A stretch of DNA of 64,000 nt, taken from the NCBI GenBank assembly GCA_012295275.1, contig CM022667.1:19282001-19346000 (forward strand), in the 5' to 3' direction. Made by a program: the position numbers and the translations under genes. Below the pieces are notes generated by a model that was not told where the DNA came from, did not search any database, and saw only the letters and a list, made by a program, of their open reading frames with translations. Below are positions 19,016-30,446 of the stretch, piece by piece. The DNA comes from Chrysomallon squamiferum (Eukaryota > Animalia > Mollusca). Within the stretch, counting starts at the first letter, position 1. Every line of letters starts with the position of its first letter.

Positions 19016-20115
19016 TGCAAACTTGAATTTTTCTTGAAACAAAAGGTCAGCCATGTTTCTAATTTCTCTAATGACAACACACAAACCTGAATGTGAACGA
19101 GACCACCGTAATGACTTATTGCTGCTTGCCACAGCCCCACAGTTCTTCCATATTTGTATAAAACTGAAACACAACATCAGAGGTACTACAGAAAATAGAT
19201 AAAATAACTTTAAAACAATAATGCCAAACATACACTCACACTCATTCCACTATAAATATTGACAAATACAGTGACGTATATTTAGAAACTAACATACAAT
19301 AAAACTTTGGTTTTTTAACTATTTGAGAATTAAAATGTCTTGCCTCCATTCAAACTCCAGTTATGTATTGGCATGTTATTAAAAGTTCACTCTTTATTTC
19401 TTCTCTTTTAAATTATTTATCACTAAAATATAAAAGCAATTAGATATATTATTATAAGGAACTGGTTATTTCTGATATTTTTATACATGAAGAATTTAAA
19501 ATGGTTAATGTAAATGTTTTTACAAATGCAAACTTTAAGACATCTTTACAGTTACTTTCTAAAATATCTCTATTTGTTCATATTTAATTATGATCAGCAT
19601 TCTTAATCTTATATACATCATATATATTTCATTTCATACACAAACAAACTTGCATGCAATTGCAAATATGGTAAATTCTTAAAAGGCAATTAATTTACCT
19701 TTTGCATACAAATCTTTGTATGTTGCATTCCATCCTTCAGAATTTGTAAAATTGAAATCTAAAAGTAAAATAAATATTACAACAACATTAGAAATGAACA
19801 AATACATTTGTGCTGAGTAACCCTTAACATTTATACCATATTAGTGCATTTGTAACAAATTTATAATAATTATAGAAAGTTACCAGTGGGAACAAATACG
19901 TTATCAACCATTGGATCCAAGATTTTCATACTGATGATCATAGTTCAGATATTTCCAAAGTGACTAAAGGCAATTTTATAAAACTGTGTATGTATGTATG
20001 TCTTTGTGTGTCTGTATGTGTATGTATGTGTGATTCTCATCATACTGATAATCAATCTATTGTTGTCCTGTTCCTGTTATAACTGATTTACTGTACAGAT
20101 TTAAAAAAACAATTT

Positions 20116-20149
<34 letters not shown>

Positions 20150-20544
20150 TATATATATATTTTGATTTTTTATCAGACTACTGTATATAATGCGTGACGT
20201 GTTTTATAATAATAATAATGATGAAATCACAACATACTCGTTGATATTTTTATTTATATAAAAGTGACGGAAGTTAAGATTTGGTTGGAAAAAAAAATTA
20301 AAAGGAAAAAAAAAAAAGATTTACATTTTTAATTTTATAATAAAGGTTAAGGTTAGTTACAGAAGAAGAAAAAACATTGCAGTTTACCTTCTCGACAGCG
20401 TTGTTGCCATAATGAATCTTGAAACGCTATTTCCCGAAATATTCTGCATGTTAGACAGACATTTGTTAGATCTTCAGATGGAAGAAAAGATAAGACATGC
20501 GTAATAATTTCTGGTGGAAGTTCTGTCAAACTGTTTCGTATCAT
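15540..20544 (-). CDS. FBXO31: F-box only protein 31, ~395 aa, 9 coding exons
   Basis: Exons 20388-20544, 19699-19758, 19087-19163, 18438-18611, 17788-17859, 17165-17271, 16458-16614, 15818-16041 and 15540-15699 are phase-consistent (1188 nt). F-box LTELPPEIITHVLSFL. FBXO31 motifs PGLFKGTYGGHGIEII, KITGDPNVPA, QPFVVP and GQIAGHGFSDPSLTPG...FGFLW. Confidence 0.93.
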
Positions 20545-22739
20545 AACGACATCATAAGGAAGATAACTCTAATATATTATTTATTTTATTGTTTTTAGAA
20601 AGCGAAAGAGAGTTGACTCGGATGTTATGAGGTTTCTCCATCTAGTTAGCTATTTCTCTTGTACACACGAACATTTTACTAAAGCTGTAACAGAGAAAGC
20701 TTTTTTTTCGTGTGTGTGTATGAGGCAAATTTATTTTAACTAAGTTCAGAGTTATTGTGAATTTTCCCTTTCCTGTTTGAGTGTTTCTTAAATAATTTAA
20801 AATAAATTTAATTTGTAATAAATGAAAAAAAATAACCAGTTGTTTCAATATTCATATATATATATATATATAATGGATTTTTTCTTTTTTTATTGCATTC
20901 AAAAGTCATTCATAAATATTATTATAAAATAGTGTTAAAAATAAAATTTATATATATATACATACACACACACAAAGTTAATTATAATTGTTTTTCAGGG
21001 GGATTTGTTGTTTTGTTTTTTTTATTACTATTCTTTGTTATTTCTTTCTGCACCTGGTTTTTATGAGCAAGGCTTCAGAGATACTCAACAGCATCCCTTT
21101 TTCCATATCTAAGAAAACTTTTGTGTATTCTTCTACCAAAATCTGTTTTATGTAATTATTTTTTATTTTTCAGTTATCTACAGTGGTTAATGCATAGCTA
21201 GTAATATGCATTGTGTACATCCACCATTCTGTAGTTTATGCATGTATGACCTATCTGTTAATTTTACATGAATGCACTTAGTGTTAAAATCTTTTTGAAT
21301 TATTGTTTATGGTCATGAATCCAAGTTTATGGTTAATTTTCTGATATAGATTCTGAATTTTATGGATATAACAGACCTTCAAGACAGAGATAATCACTCA
21401 AACACTACAAACTGGAAAAGGAAAACATATTACTAAGCCGTATTATTATTATTTTTTTAAAAACCAGAAGAAAAGCTACTAGAAAATTACCTTCTGTTTT
21501 TATCCGAATCACTAAGGAAGATTCCTTTGCATAGTGTTGGTCAAACATGCTAATTCACAGGCAAAAATCACTAAACATTTACAATTACTATTCACTCTCT
21601 GTTATTCTAACCTATTCACAATGCAACTCTCCAGTGTTTATCTGAACCAACTCATTTAGCGTCTCTGTCTCTATCTGTCTTTCCCTCTCTCTGGCGGTCA
21701 GTCTGATGTTGTTAATTCTTGGATGATACCAAATAACTATGATGAATCCCCCCCCCACCATAAAATAACATATTAATCAAACACAGCAACATCATGACAA
21801 GAATGTGGCAAAAACAGTAAACACAAATGCTTCATTTTATGTCTTTAATCATTTCTGTGACATAAAATATACAGTTAATTTTCAAATCTATCATCTGTTA
21901 ATATTAAAAACACACAACAAAACAAAAAACAAAAAAACATTTTGGGCACTAAATTCTTAAACAAACCAAAATTAATCATTCTGAATATTGCAGAGGTTGC
22001 CATCTATGAATACCTTAATTTTCTAGAAAAACTCAAGAAAATAAATCAATTTGTGACATAATTGTACAGTTTTGTGAAAGATTTTGTATCCTTATATGAA
22101 CAATTTTTCTGTCATTAATTTTTATTTTGATAAAACAGGCATGTCATTACTGATATGACACCAAATATAATTCTCCACTGTTTTTAAATAAACTTTAAAA
22201 TTAAAAAAAACCAAAAACATCCTATTAATTTAATAAGTTCAAAATTTCAAATATTAGCAGAAATATTAACTTGACTAGTTTATTTATTTTATTTTTATTA
22301 TTCATTGTTGAGGCTCTGTTTGGATTACAAAACACTGTTTCCTTTACTATATGAACATACATTTCCACAACTGTGTTAAATTTGCTAATAAACAGTAGTT
22401 ATTTCAGTTTAGTTTGTGCGTATGATATTGATAGAGTGAGCTGAAATTGTATATGATGTACTGGGTATCCTTGCTTGTCTCCACACTTCTCATTATTCAG
22501 CAATAGACTGATACAATTTCAACAGGCTCATGTGTTTATAAAATAACAGGTTTAAACATGCCAATGTGGCCAACAGTCCACACACTCGGGTTGCATTTCT
22601 GGATTATTAGATACTTTAGTATATTAAATAATAATTTAGCTGCACAGGTACCAAGCAAACTCTGCTATTTAACTCTCCACTGATGATTACTGCGTAGTCT
22701 AATCTATTCATACTTTCAGTCCTTTTAAAAAATAAAACC

Positions 22740-23408
22740 TTAAGAATCGCGAACCGGCCATCTAATTGAATAATGTCCGTGGAATTCTCTGTCTAATAAT
22801 GGGTCGTATTCTTCTTCGTCAGGATTACTAGTGTGGTACCGAACATAAGACCAGTACACATCAAAACACAGTGACACCATGCTGTCATATAACACGCGAA
22901 ATTTAGTCGGAAGAAAGTAAAAGTTGATGAGCTGGGCAGGTGGCCAGACTATCCATTCTGCTGTGTATAACACCCGTCCTTTGTGTAATGTGTCCGACTT
23001 TATTTTTGTCCATGAGGCTCCTTCCAGCAGATTCAGAGTAACAAGAAAGATGCCAATATAGATAGGTGAACAAATTAACTGATCGAGAAGCAGTTTCTTA
23101 GCAAGAACAGACAACGTCCTTCCAGGATACCACTTGTCTAAGAACAAGTACCAGTAGTGGACAAAGGGTCCGATCAGAAAACCTGTAAAACCGATGTGCT
23201 TTGTACGAGTCTTGTTCCAGGATTCCATGTTCTTTCTGTTGATCTGGTACTGCTGCTCAAGCATGTCCCCTGCAATGGACAAACTGACGGAGATTCCGGT
23301 ATTTGTGTAGAGAAGAAAACGTTTTGAGAACAGCTGCCTGGTGCATGCACTAGCAGCACGTGGAATAGGTCGTGCTACTTTAATTAACAAAGCCTTTGCC
23401 ATTCCCAT
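22740..23408 (-). CDS. MPV17L2: Mpv17/PMP22 family membrane protein (MPV17-like 2), 222 aa, single coding exon
   Basis: Motifs LLYTNT...AGD, GPFVHYWYLFLD, KKLLLDQL..SP and EW.VWPPAQLINFYFLP.KFRV. Basic N-terminus compatible with mitochondrial targeting. Likely 5'UTR intron 23641-24233. Confidence 0.88.
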   Translation of the reverse strand: MGMAKALLIKVARPIPRAASACTRQLFSKRFLLYTNTGISVSLSIAGDMLEQQYQINRKNMESWNKTRTKHIGFTGFLIGPFVHYWYLFLDKWYPGRTLSVLAKKLLLDQLICSPIYIGIFLVTLNLLEGASWTKIKSDTLHKGRVLYTAEWIVWPPAQLINFYFLPTKFRVLYDSMVSLCFDVYWSYVRYHTSNPDEEEYDPLLDREFHGHYSIRWPVRDS

Positions 23409-24233
23409 ATCTATGTTTTGCTGAGATCACTGTATGTAAAGTTATGGAACATCTGAGATTGTTGCGTGTTATAACTCCTTATCATTTTGTGTTGTTGTTG
23501 TCGACTAAAGATGTCTTCTGTTGCTGTCAAACTGTGTCTTTAAGTATTTATCATTTAAACAGTTTTGGTTTTCAGCATTGTAGTAAACATCGGTTTTTTC
23601 ACTGTATTTTTAGAGATGTTTGTCCATATGTGATGATAACCTAAATATATAAAAGTAATAATAATAATAATATAATACATTTTTTATATTTTAGAATTTT
23701 GTCCATACCTGTAGTCGATTTTGTGTTTAAAATCATTACAAAAAAATTAATTAAATTAATAATAATGCTTATTGATAAATCTGCTGTTTTGCAGATGAAC
23801 ATTCATTCATCCATCTCTATTTTTGCCGCTGATCTATTCAGAGGGTTGCATGGGTTCAGTCATCTCCCCTCCAAACTGCTTCTGTTGACTTTATCATACA
23901 CAGATACTTACAAGTTACAGTTATCATAAATCGAAATTGTTTATGCAAACTTATTTCTCTTAACGATATGTGTTGCCCTTCCTTCCCAAAACTGAAAACC
24001 TTGAATTTTTTGGAGTTCATATACTCACCATTATAATGATAGTTGATAGTTACAGTAATAGTATGTAAATGATCATAAAACTTCAAGTTTGTTCACGTAC
24101 TCTAATTTATACAAATAATAATAATAATAATAATGTTTTTTTTAAATAAGCATTTCATTTCTTACAGAAAATTGGCAAGGTGAATTAAAAGAGTCCTTAC
24201 TACTAACCAATTATTAAAAACAGATCAACATAC

Positions 24234-25600
24234 CCTTCAATGGTCAATGTTGTTCATTTCGTGGGCATGCATGTCATTGTCAAAACCGGCAGTGGTCATA
24301 TTCATTCGTAATAATACACGGTAAAATGATATGGAGGATACTTGTTTTTGAAGATTTGCTGATTATTATGTGACAGGCGTCAATCCGGCAATGTTAGATA
24401 TCGTTGATTAAATCTATTTCCGACACTGCCGATGTGATCAAAAAAGTATAAATAACCAAGAATATACCTTGCAACGTGATGTCAAGTACACTGATACTTT
24501 TCTTAATGTTTATACACTGGTCTTTCTAAAGTTCTTAAATCCCCTCCTAAAGATCATGCAGCGTAATGAAACTAAATTTAATTGAGACACAAGCTAAACC
24601 AATAAAGCATGGCTACCAGTCTAATTAAAATGCGGTCGTTTTAAAAACGGCAAAGACTATTCATATCCAAATATACAAGCTATAAATAATAATATAATTA
24701 GTATATTGTTTCCCTTTCTCTCGCAACTTTTGTGATATTTTATTCTGATGATCTAAATGACCACCTACCTACTGACCGCTGGAAAACTTTATATCAAACC
24801 CTGTTTCATAAACGCTGGTGTGCAGGAGTGGGCCGAAGGGGCTGTGGCCCCAGGCATAAAAATAGGGGGGGGGGCATCCAATCAAACAAAAAACTTAATA
24901 AATTTGGTTGATTTACATTTAAATCAAGTAAAGTGTTTATTTTATGTTTCATCTGTGTTTATATATTCAAAAATCTTCCTTTCTGATAATATATCTCAGT
25001 ACTAGGCCTTACGTTTGAGTCTTAGGGGAATACAATCAAGGAGTTGGACCCACCAGACCTCTGCACGCCACTGTTCACAAACATATCAAAGGAATTGATT
25101 GTGAAAAGACTGACTAAACTTCGCCAAAAACAACTCAAAAACAAAATTGTTTTGACTGAAATGTCCATAGTTTCTTCGATTAAATTTACCATTTACAGAT
25201 TTATTTTATATTTGGTGGTGTGATTAACTCTTATATAAATGAATATTTGCACATATATTTCTCAACCAAATTGTTTATTGTGTTAAATCCAGTTAGCACC
25301 ATGTATATATACGAACATTGTTGCTTTTTACTGTATTGAGTATTACTCTAAGATTCATAAGTAATAATCTTTATTTTATGGTTCCTTTCCGTTGCTTGAG
25401 ATATTTAGTACTTCCTCAACCGGAAGAGATAACGCGCCCTCTGTTGATCAATTTGATGATGTGCTGTGGCGTTTTTATGTTTGAAAAGAGAAAAGTTTGC
25501 TAAAGACGAAACACTTGTTTGTGACACATTGCTGATAACTGCGTAGTAAATATTTACAATATTCAAGAAAATAGCCTGCACATACTTTTGCAGGTAATTT
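24234..25600. promoter_or_regulatory. Probable divergent promoter region of MPV17L2 and the RRM/zinc-finger gene
   Basis: Local CpG enrichment, ETS-like ccggaag at ~25420 and CTCF-like gcgccctctgttga at 25434-25447. First-exon-like donors at 24233 (-) and ~25593 (+). Confidence 0.5.
24813..25073. mobile_element. hAT-type MITE (~260 bp)
   Basis: Termini cgctggtgtgcag and ctgcacgccactg are 10/13 inverted. The flanking 8-bp near-duplication is ttcataaa (24805-24812) / ttcacaaa (25074-25081). Confidence 0.7.
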
Positions 25601-27235
25601 TTTTTTCCACAAATGATTAGTTGTCGGATCGTTTTTTAACAGATGTAATACACAACAAGATAGTGAATACTGAATACACAGAGATTGTGATCAAATCTGC
25701 ACGTGGAACTGTTTTTAATCGTTCTTCCATAGAATGAAAGCCATGAATAAAGTAACAGTAACTTGAAATTTTCAAATGAAATCTAACAAAGTTAATATTG
25801 ATACATAAAGAAAGTGGTTAGTTTCTAAATGATATGTTGCTAGCAAATTCATTTACAAGAATTCACATTTATTAGATTTAATGATGAATCACTGAATGTA
25901 CATTTACTTTTTTCTAACAGGTATTTTAGCTGAGTAATATAAAATTGACAGTCACATAGTAAAATAACATTGGTGATACTGATTATAGATAATAGAAAAT
26001 TTTAGACCTCACCAAATGAGATTTACATTTGCCCATTTTCAATTTGAACAAAATAAAACAATTCAGATAAGACCACTAGAATAAAATGGTTTGCTTGTAC
26101 ACCCTTTTAAAATATCTGAGTAGTGTTTATGAAAGTTAAAGTCAATCAGGAAAATTTATAATTTGAAAATGTACTCATTTGCTATTAATCTGTTTTCCCA
26201 TCAGTGCTTTTTAATATAATTTTGATTTGTTTATTTTTTAATAATATATTTTAAACAGAACTCTGAACCTTATGGATTTTATTTTTATTTTTCTTAAATT
26301 CACCAAGCACAAAAGTCACCCTGGCTTGTTAAAAGAATCTAGCAATGAATTTTACGTGGCCTAAAGAAAATAATTATTTTTCTCAAATACAAATAGTTTA
26401 TAAATATACTCTGAAACCCCACCAAAACAAAAAAAGAATAGAAGTAATTATTTTCACAAAGCAATTAAATATCTAAATACTAGTATTAAATAATAACATG
26501 GGCAAAATATATAATTACATAACGAAACTGAACATATGTATAACTGTTAGAACCAAATACAAGATTCAGTAATTAATAGTAATGAAATGAGCAAAATAGA
26601 AATAAAAGTGGATATTCAGATGCTATTTGAATTAAATAAAAGGTATTTCTGATCGACAAGCTATACAAAAGCAGTTTAACATCTTCTTTTGATAAGATTT
26701 TTGATGTGAGATTTTAATAGGTACCAGGAATAGACATCTTAGTATGTCAGATGTGGCAATGGTATTTTAATAAATAATGTCTCTGGTGCATTTATTTAGA
26801 TATTTAATACAAGGTTAAGAAGTGAAGATATTTTAATGTATTAGACAGCTGTCTACTTCTTACCTAAAACAGAAAATACGTGCAGTTGTTTTTATTGTCA
26901 CTAATTTTGAATATAACAGCAGTAGTATGATTTAAACTGATACCTTTGTTATTGTGTAAAATAACCTCTGTACATGGAGAACCATGGTAATAGTAATATA
27001 TTTATAAATGAAATGATTATGTAGTGAAACAAACAAACTTTTGAGTAAACACAACGTATTTAAATATTTAATACTTGTAGTTCTCTGAATTAATTATTAA
27101 TTTCTTGCTACTTGCTACTGTCTTTCGGTTATTTGTATTAGCTGTGAGATAGCTTTGTCTGTCGTGATTGAAACGGCCAAGTGTTTGCTTTTGCTTTCAG
27201 ACATTAAGACAAACCATTGTGAAGGGTAAACCAAA

Positions 27236-30200
27236 ATGATGCGGGGTCCCGTGCCAGCGGCAAGCAGTGTGACAAATGACCCTAACTCCATCAAGTCACG
27301 TGTTTTTGTAGGAAATCTAAACACTGTTGCCCTCACTAAGGAAGACGTTGTAGCAATATTTTCTAGGTATGGTGTTGTTACTGGAGCATCCATGCACAAA
27401 GGTTACGCATTCGTACAGTTTGCTTTAGAGGCTGAAGCGAGAGTGGCTGTAGGCTCTGAAGACGGGAAACAGTATGCTGGACAAATAGTTGGTAAGTATT
27501 TTACATAATTCTCTTTAAAAACATTTGTTCGAGGATAGATCTTGGTCAGAAAACCTTGGCTCCTGAATTGTGCATCAAAATTAAAATCATGCACTGCCCT
27601 CAGTGGCTTTAATATAATAATACATAATATGTTCTTCACCATATAAACCTCTAACCATGTCTGAATTATGTTACTTATATTTAAACAGATCTGTATATTT
27701 TTTGGTATTTGAGTGGAATAATTCCATGCTTTGCATTTGAACAGATGAATTATATTGTTGTAACTTGAACAGGAATTACATCGTCTTTAATTTGAACAGG
27801 AATTACATTGTCTGTATTTGAACCTTGGTTCCTGAATTGTATATTAGTAATAAATTGACGTACTATGATCAGAGGCTTTAATATAGAACAGATAATGTAT
27901 TCTTCATCATGTAAGCACAGTTACCTTAGATGTTAAGTACTGATTTATTTGTTTTAGATGTAAATATGGCTGCAGAACCAAAGAACAAAGGCAGACCCCT
28001 GAAGCGGTCTGCTCCAATGCCATCACCAAATAACAGGTGATTGTTACACTCTGACAGATTTATGAATATTGATCTTGCATCTATTAATATTATGCATAAA
28101 CAGGTAACATGTGGCATTTGTGTGTATGTTAGTAAAAAAAAATGTATTAACTGATAAAGTTATGTATGTTTGCACACTGTTTACTAGTTCTGCTTCAAAC
28201 CAGTGTCGCCTGAAGAATAATTATGCAGTTCACACTATTATTTGAATTTTTTATTTTGAATTTTTTTATTTTTTTTAAATGAAATGTTATGCATTAGGTT
28301 AAAATTTCATATCTTAAAAGTGTCATTTGCTCAATTTAACAAAACTACTTTTGTCTTTGGTATTTTATTTTAAAAAAGAACAACTGAGAAATTATTTACA
28401 CTTCACTTTTACTTTCACTTTTGCCATAGGCGTGTAGGCCCTCCTCCTATGGTGATGGGTCCTGGGGGGCCCGCACCCCGAGGTCCACCAATGATGAAGC
28501 GAATAAGACCAGAGACACCAATGAACTCAAGCATGCAGAGGACACTGGTCACTCTAGCTGGGACCACAGGAAGACCCGTAGCACGACCAGTTTCTAAAAT
28601 AACACAACGTCCAGCCGCACCCAAACCTGCCTCAACACCTAAAAACAGCAGCATCTCAGGTTGGTCTTCTTTTCTTTCTTACTTCAGTAGTAGTAATAAT
28701 AATAGAATAAGAAAACTAATTATACAGCACATCGAGAAAGTCTGCATGCTGTTTTAAATATGTATACATTTGTAGCAGTCCTTAATAAATGAATCTGTAA
28801 AAAGAGTGAAATACAGAATTTTATATATTTTTTTACATTTATTGTGTCTGTACTCCATTTCGTTTACAAAGAGTGATACAATGCTGTAGGTCTTGAAATA
28901 TAGTTTTCAGCTAATTTTCTGTTACACTGACAATAACATGAACTGTCTGAAAATCAAGATTTAGTTGAATAAACAGTAGTTTTCACAAAACCTCATAAAA
29001 AGAAATCCAGTGGAGTCACATCTAAATCTGCCAACCAAAGTAAACAAGGGCCAGTAAAACTGTTGAAAGAAAACAGAAAGTTGAATATTTTTTAAAATTA
29101 TAATAAAAAAGTTATAAATTTTAAAAATTTCCCATGATGTTATGAACACTGTATTTTCTATTAAAAGGAACTCAGTAATCCTATATTTTAAATTTAAAAA
29201 AAAAATTGTTAAAATTTCTTTTTTTTCTTTCTGATACTTCAATATGTTCTGTGTTTGAAGTATAGTATTTATGTTCAGTAACATCTTGATATACTAAGTG
29301 TCAAGTACTGAGCCTTATTTCAGTTTTGACTAAATATGTTATTTTTATTTATTGTAGGCACTGATATATTGATATGTGGAGTATGTAAGATGCAGTTTAC
29401 CAGTCTGCACAGTTTGGCACAACACAAGAAAATTCCATGTCGACTGACACATAGCTGTCAATGTGTTAAATATCCAGTTAAAAGTTCATCAGGTAGTCAT
29501 GACATTTACATCATATTATTAAATTAGTATGTTGACATTCTTTTCTTTATTTTTATTATTTTTTTTTTTAATTTGTTTAAGTTTCATTTTAATTTTTAAT
29601 CATATTCTGAAGTCCTTTTGACTGCATATAAATGTTTATTCTGTTTTCCTTTCTCTGTTTAATAGACATTTAGAAAAAAAATACATTCTTTATTTTTTTC
29701 AATATTAACTGGTGGTTTTGAAATGATTTCAGTCTGGACCAAGAGTCATAATAAATTTTCTCACATTAATGAACTATTTTAGTAGCAAACCTTTATTTTG
29801 ATGGTATGTGATGTGATTGAAGAAGTTAAACTTTTATATAAATACTTGTTTTTTTGTATCATGTATAAGGAGACAAAATTTTGCTCATACAGATCTATCA
29901 TTCACTTTCAGATGAACCTTCCCAGTTTTTCTGTGCATCATGTGACGCCAAATTCAGCACAGCTTGGTCTTTATGTCAGCATTGTCAAAAAGAGCATGAA
30001 TTAAACATTTATAAAAATGTGAGTCACTGTTTGACGTTCAGCCTTATGGGTGTCATTTCTGTTATTAAATTAAAGCAAAGAGATTAAATGAGAATGTTTT
30101 GACAAATAATATTTTTCTTTTCTGTTACCAGTTTTAAATAATACAACCAGAAATGTCAGTCTCCAGATTTGCAAGCGCTTAGAATTAAGTAATTTATATA

Positions 30201-30446
30201 AATAATTATTATTGTATTAAAAAATCTTTAAGCAGTTCAAAATTAATCAGAAAAATTTCTTTTTTCTTTTTGGTGCCAGTTAGGTTTCTTATTCTGCTTT
30301 ATCTTTATTGGCTCTTTTGAAATGACTTCAGCAATAGATGTCAGTTTTTTTTTAACTACTCTGTTTTTAACTTTCAGAAGGAATCAAAAGATGAAGCAAA
30401 ACAAGCCAATGCTAATGGCGATGACGGAAGTCTGTCATCCAATTGA
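27236..30446 (+). CDS. hnRNPC/RALY-like RRM protein with C-terminal BCL11-type CCHC and C2H2 zinc fingers, ~291 aa
   Basis: Exons 27236-27491, 27958-28036, 28430-28659, 29358-29492, 29912-30018 and 30378-30446 are phase-consistent (876 nt). RRM SRVFVGNLNT...YG...SMHKGYAFVQF...AR.AV..EDG...AGQ..D.NMAAEPK is the hnRNPC/RALY signature. The fingers are DILICGVCKMQFTSLHSLAQHKKIPC and DEPSQFFCASCDAKFSTAWSLCQHCQKEHELNIY. Confidence 0.85.
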
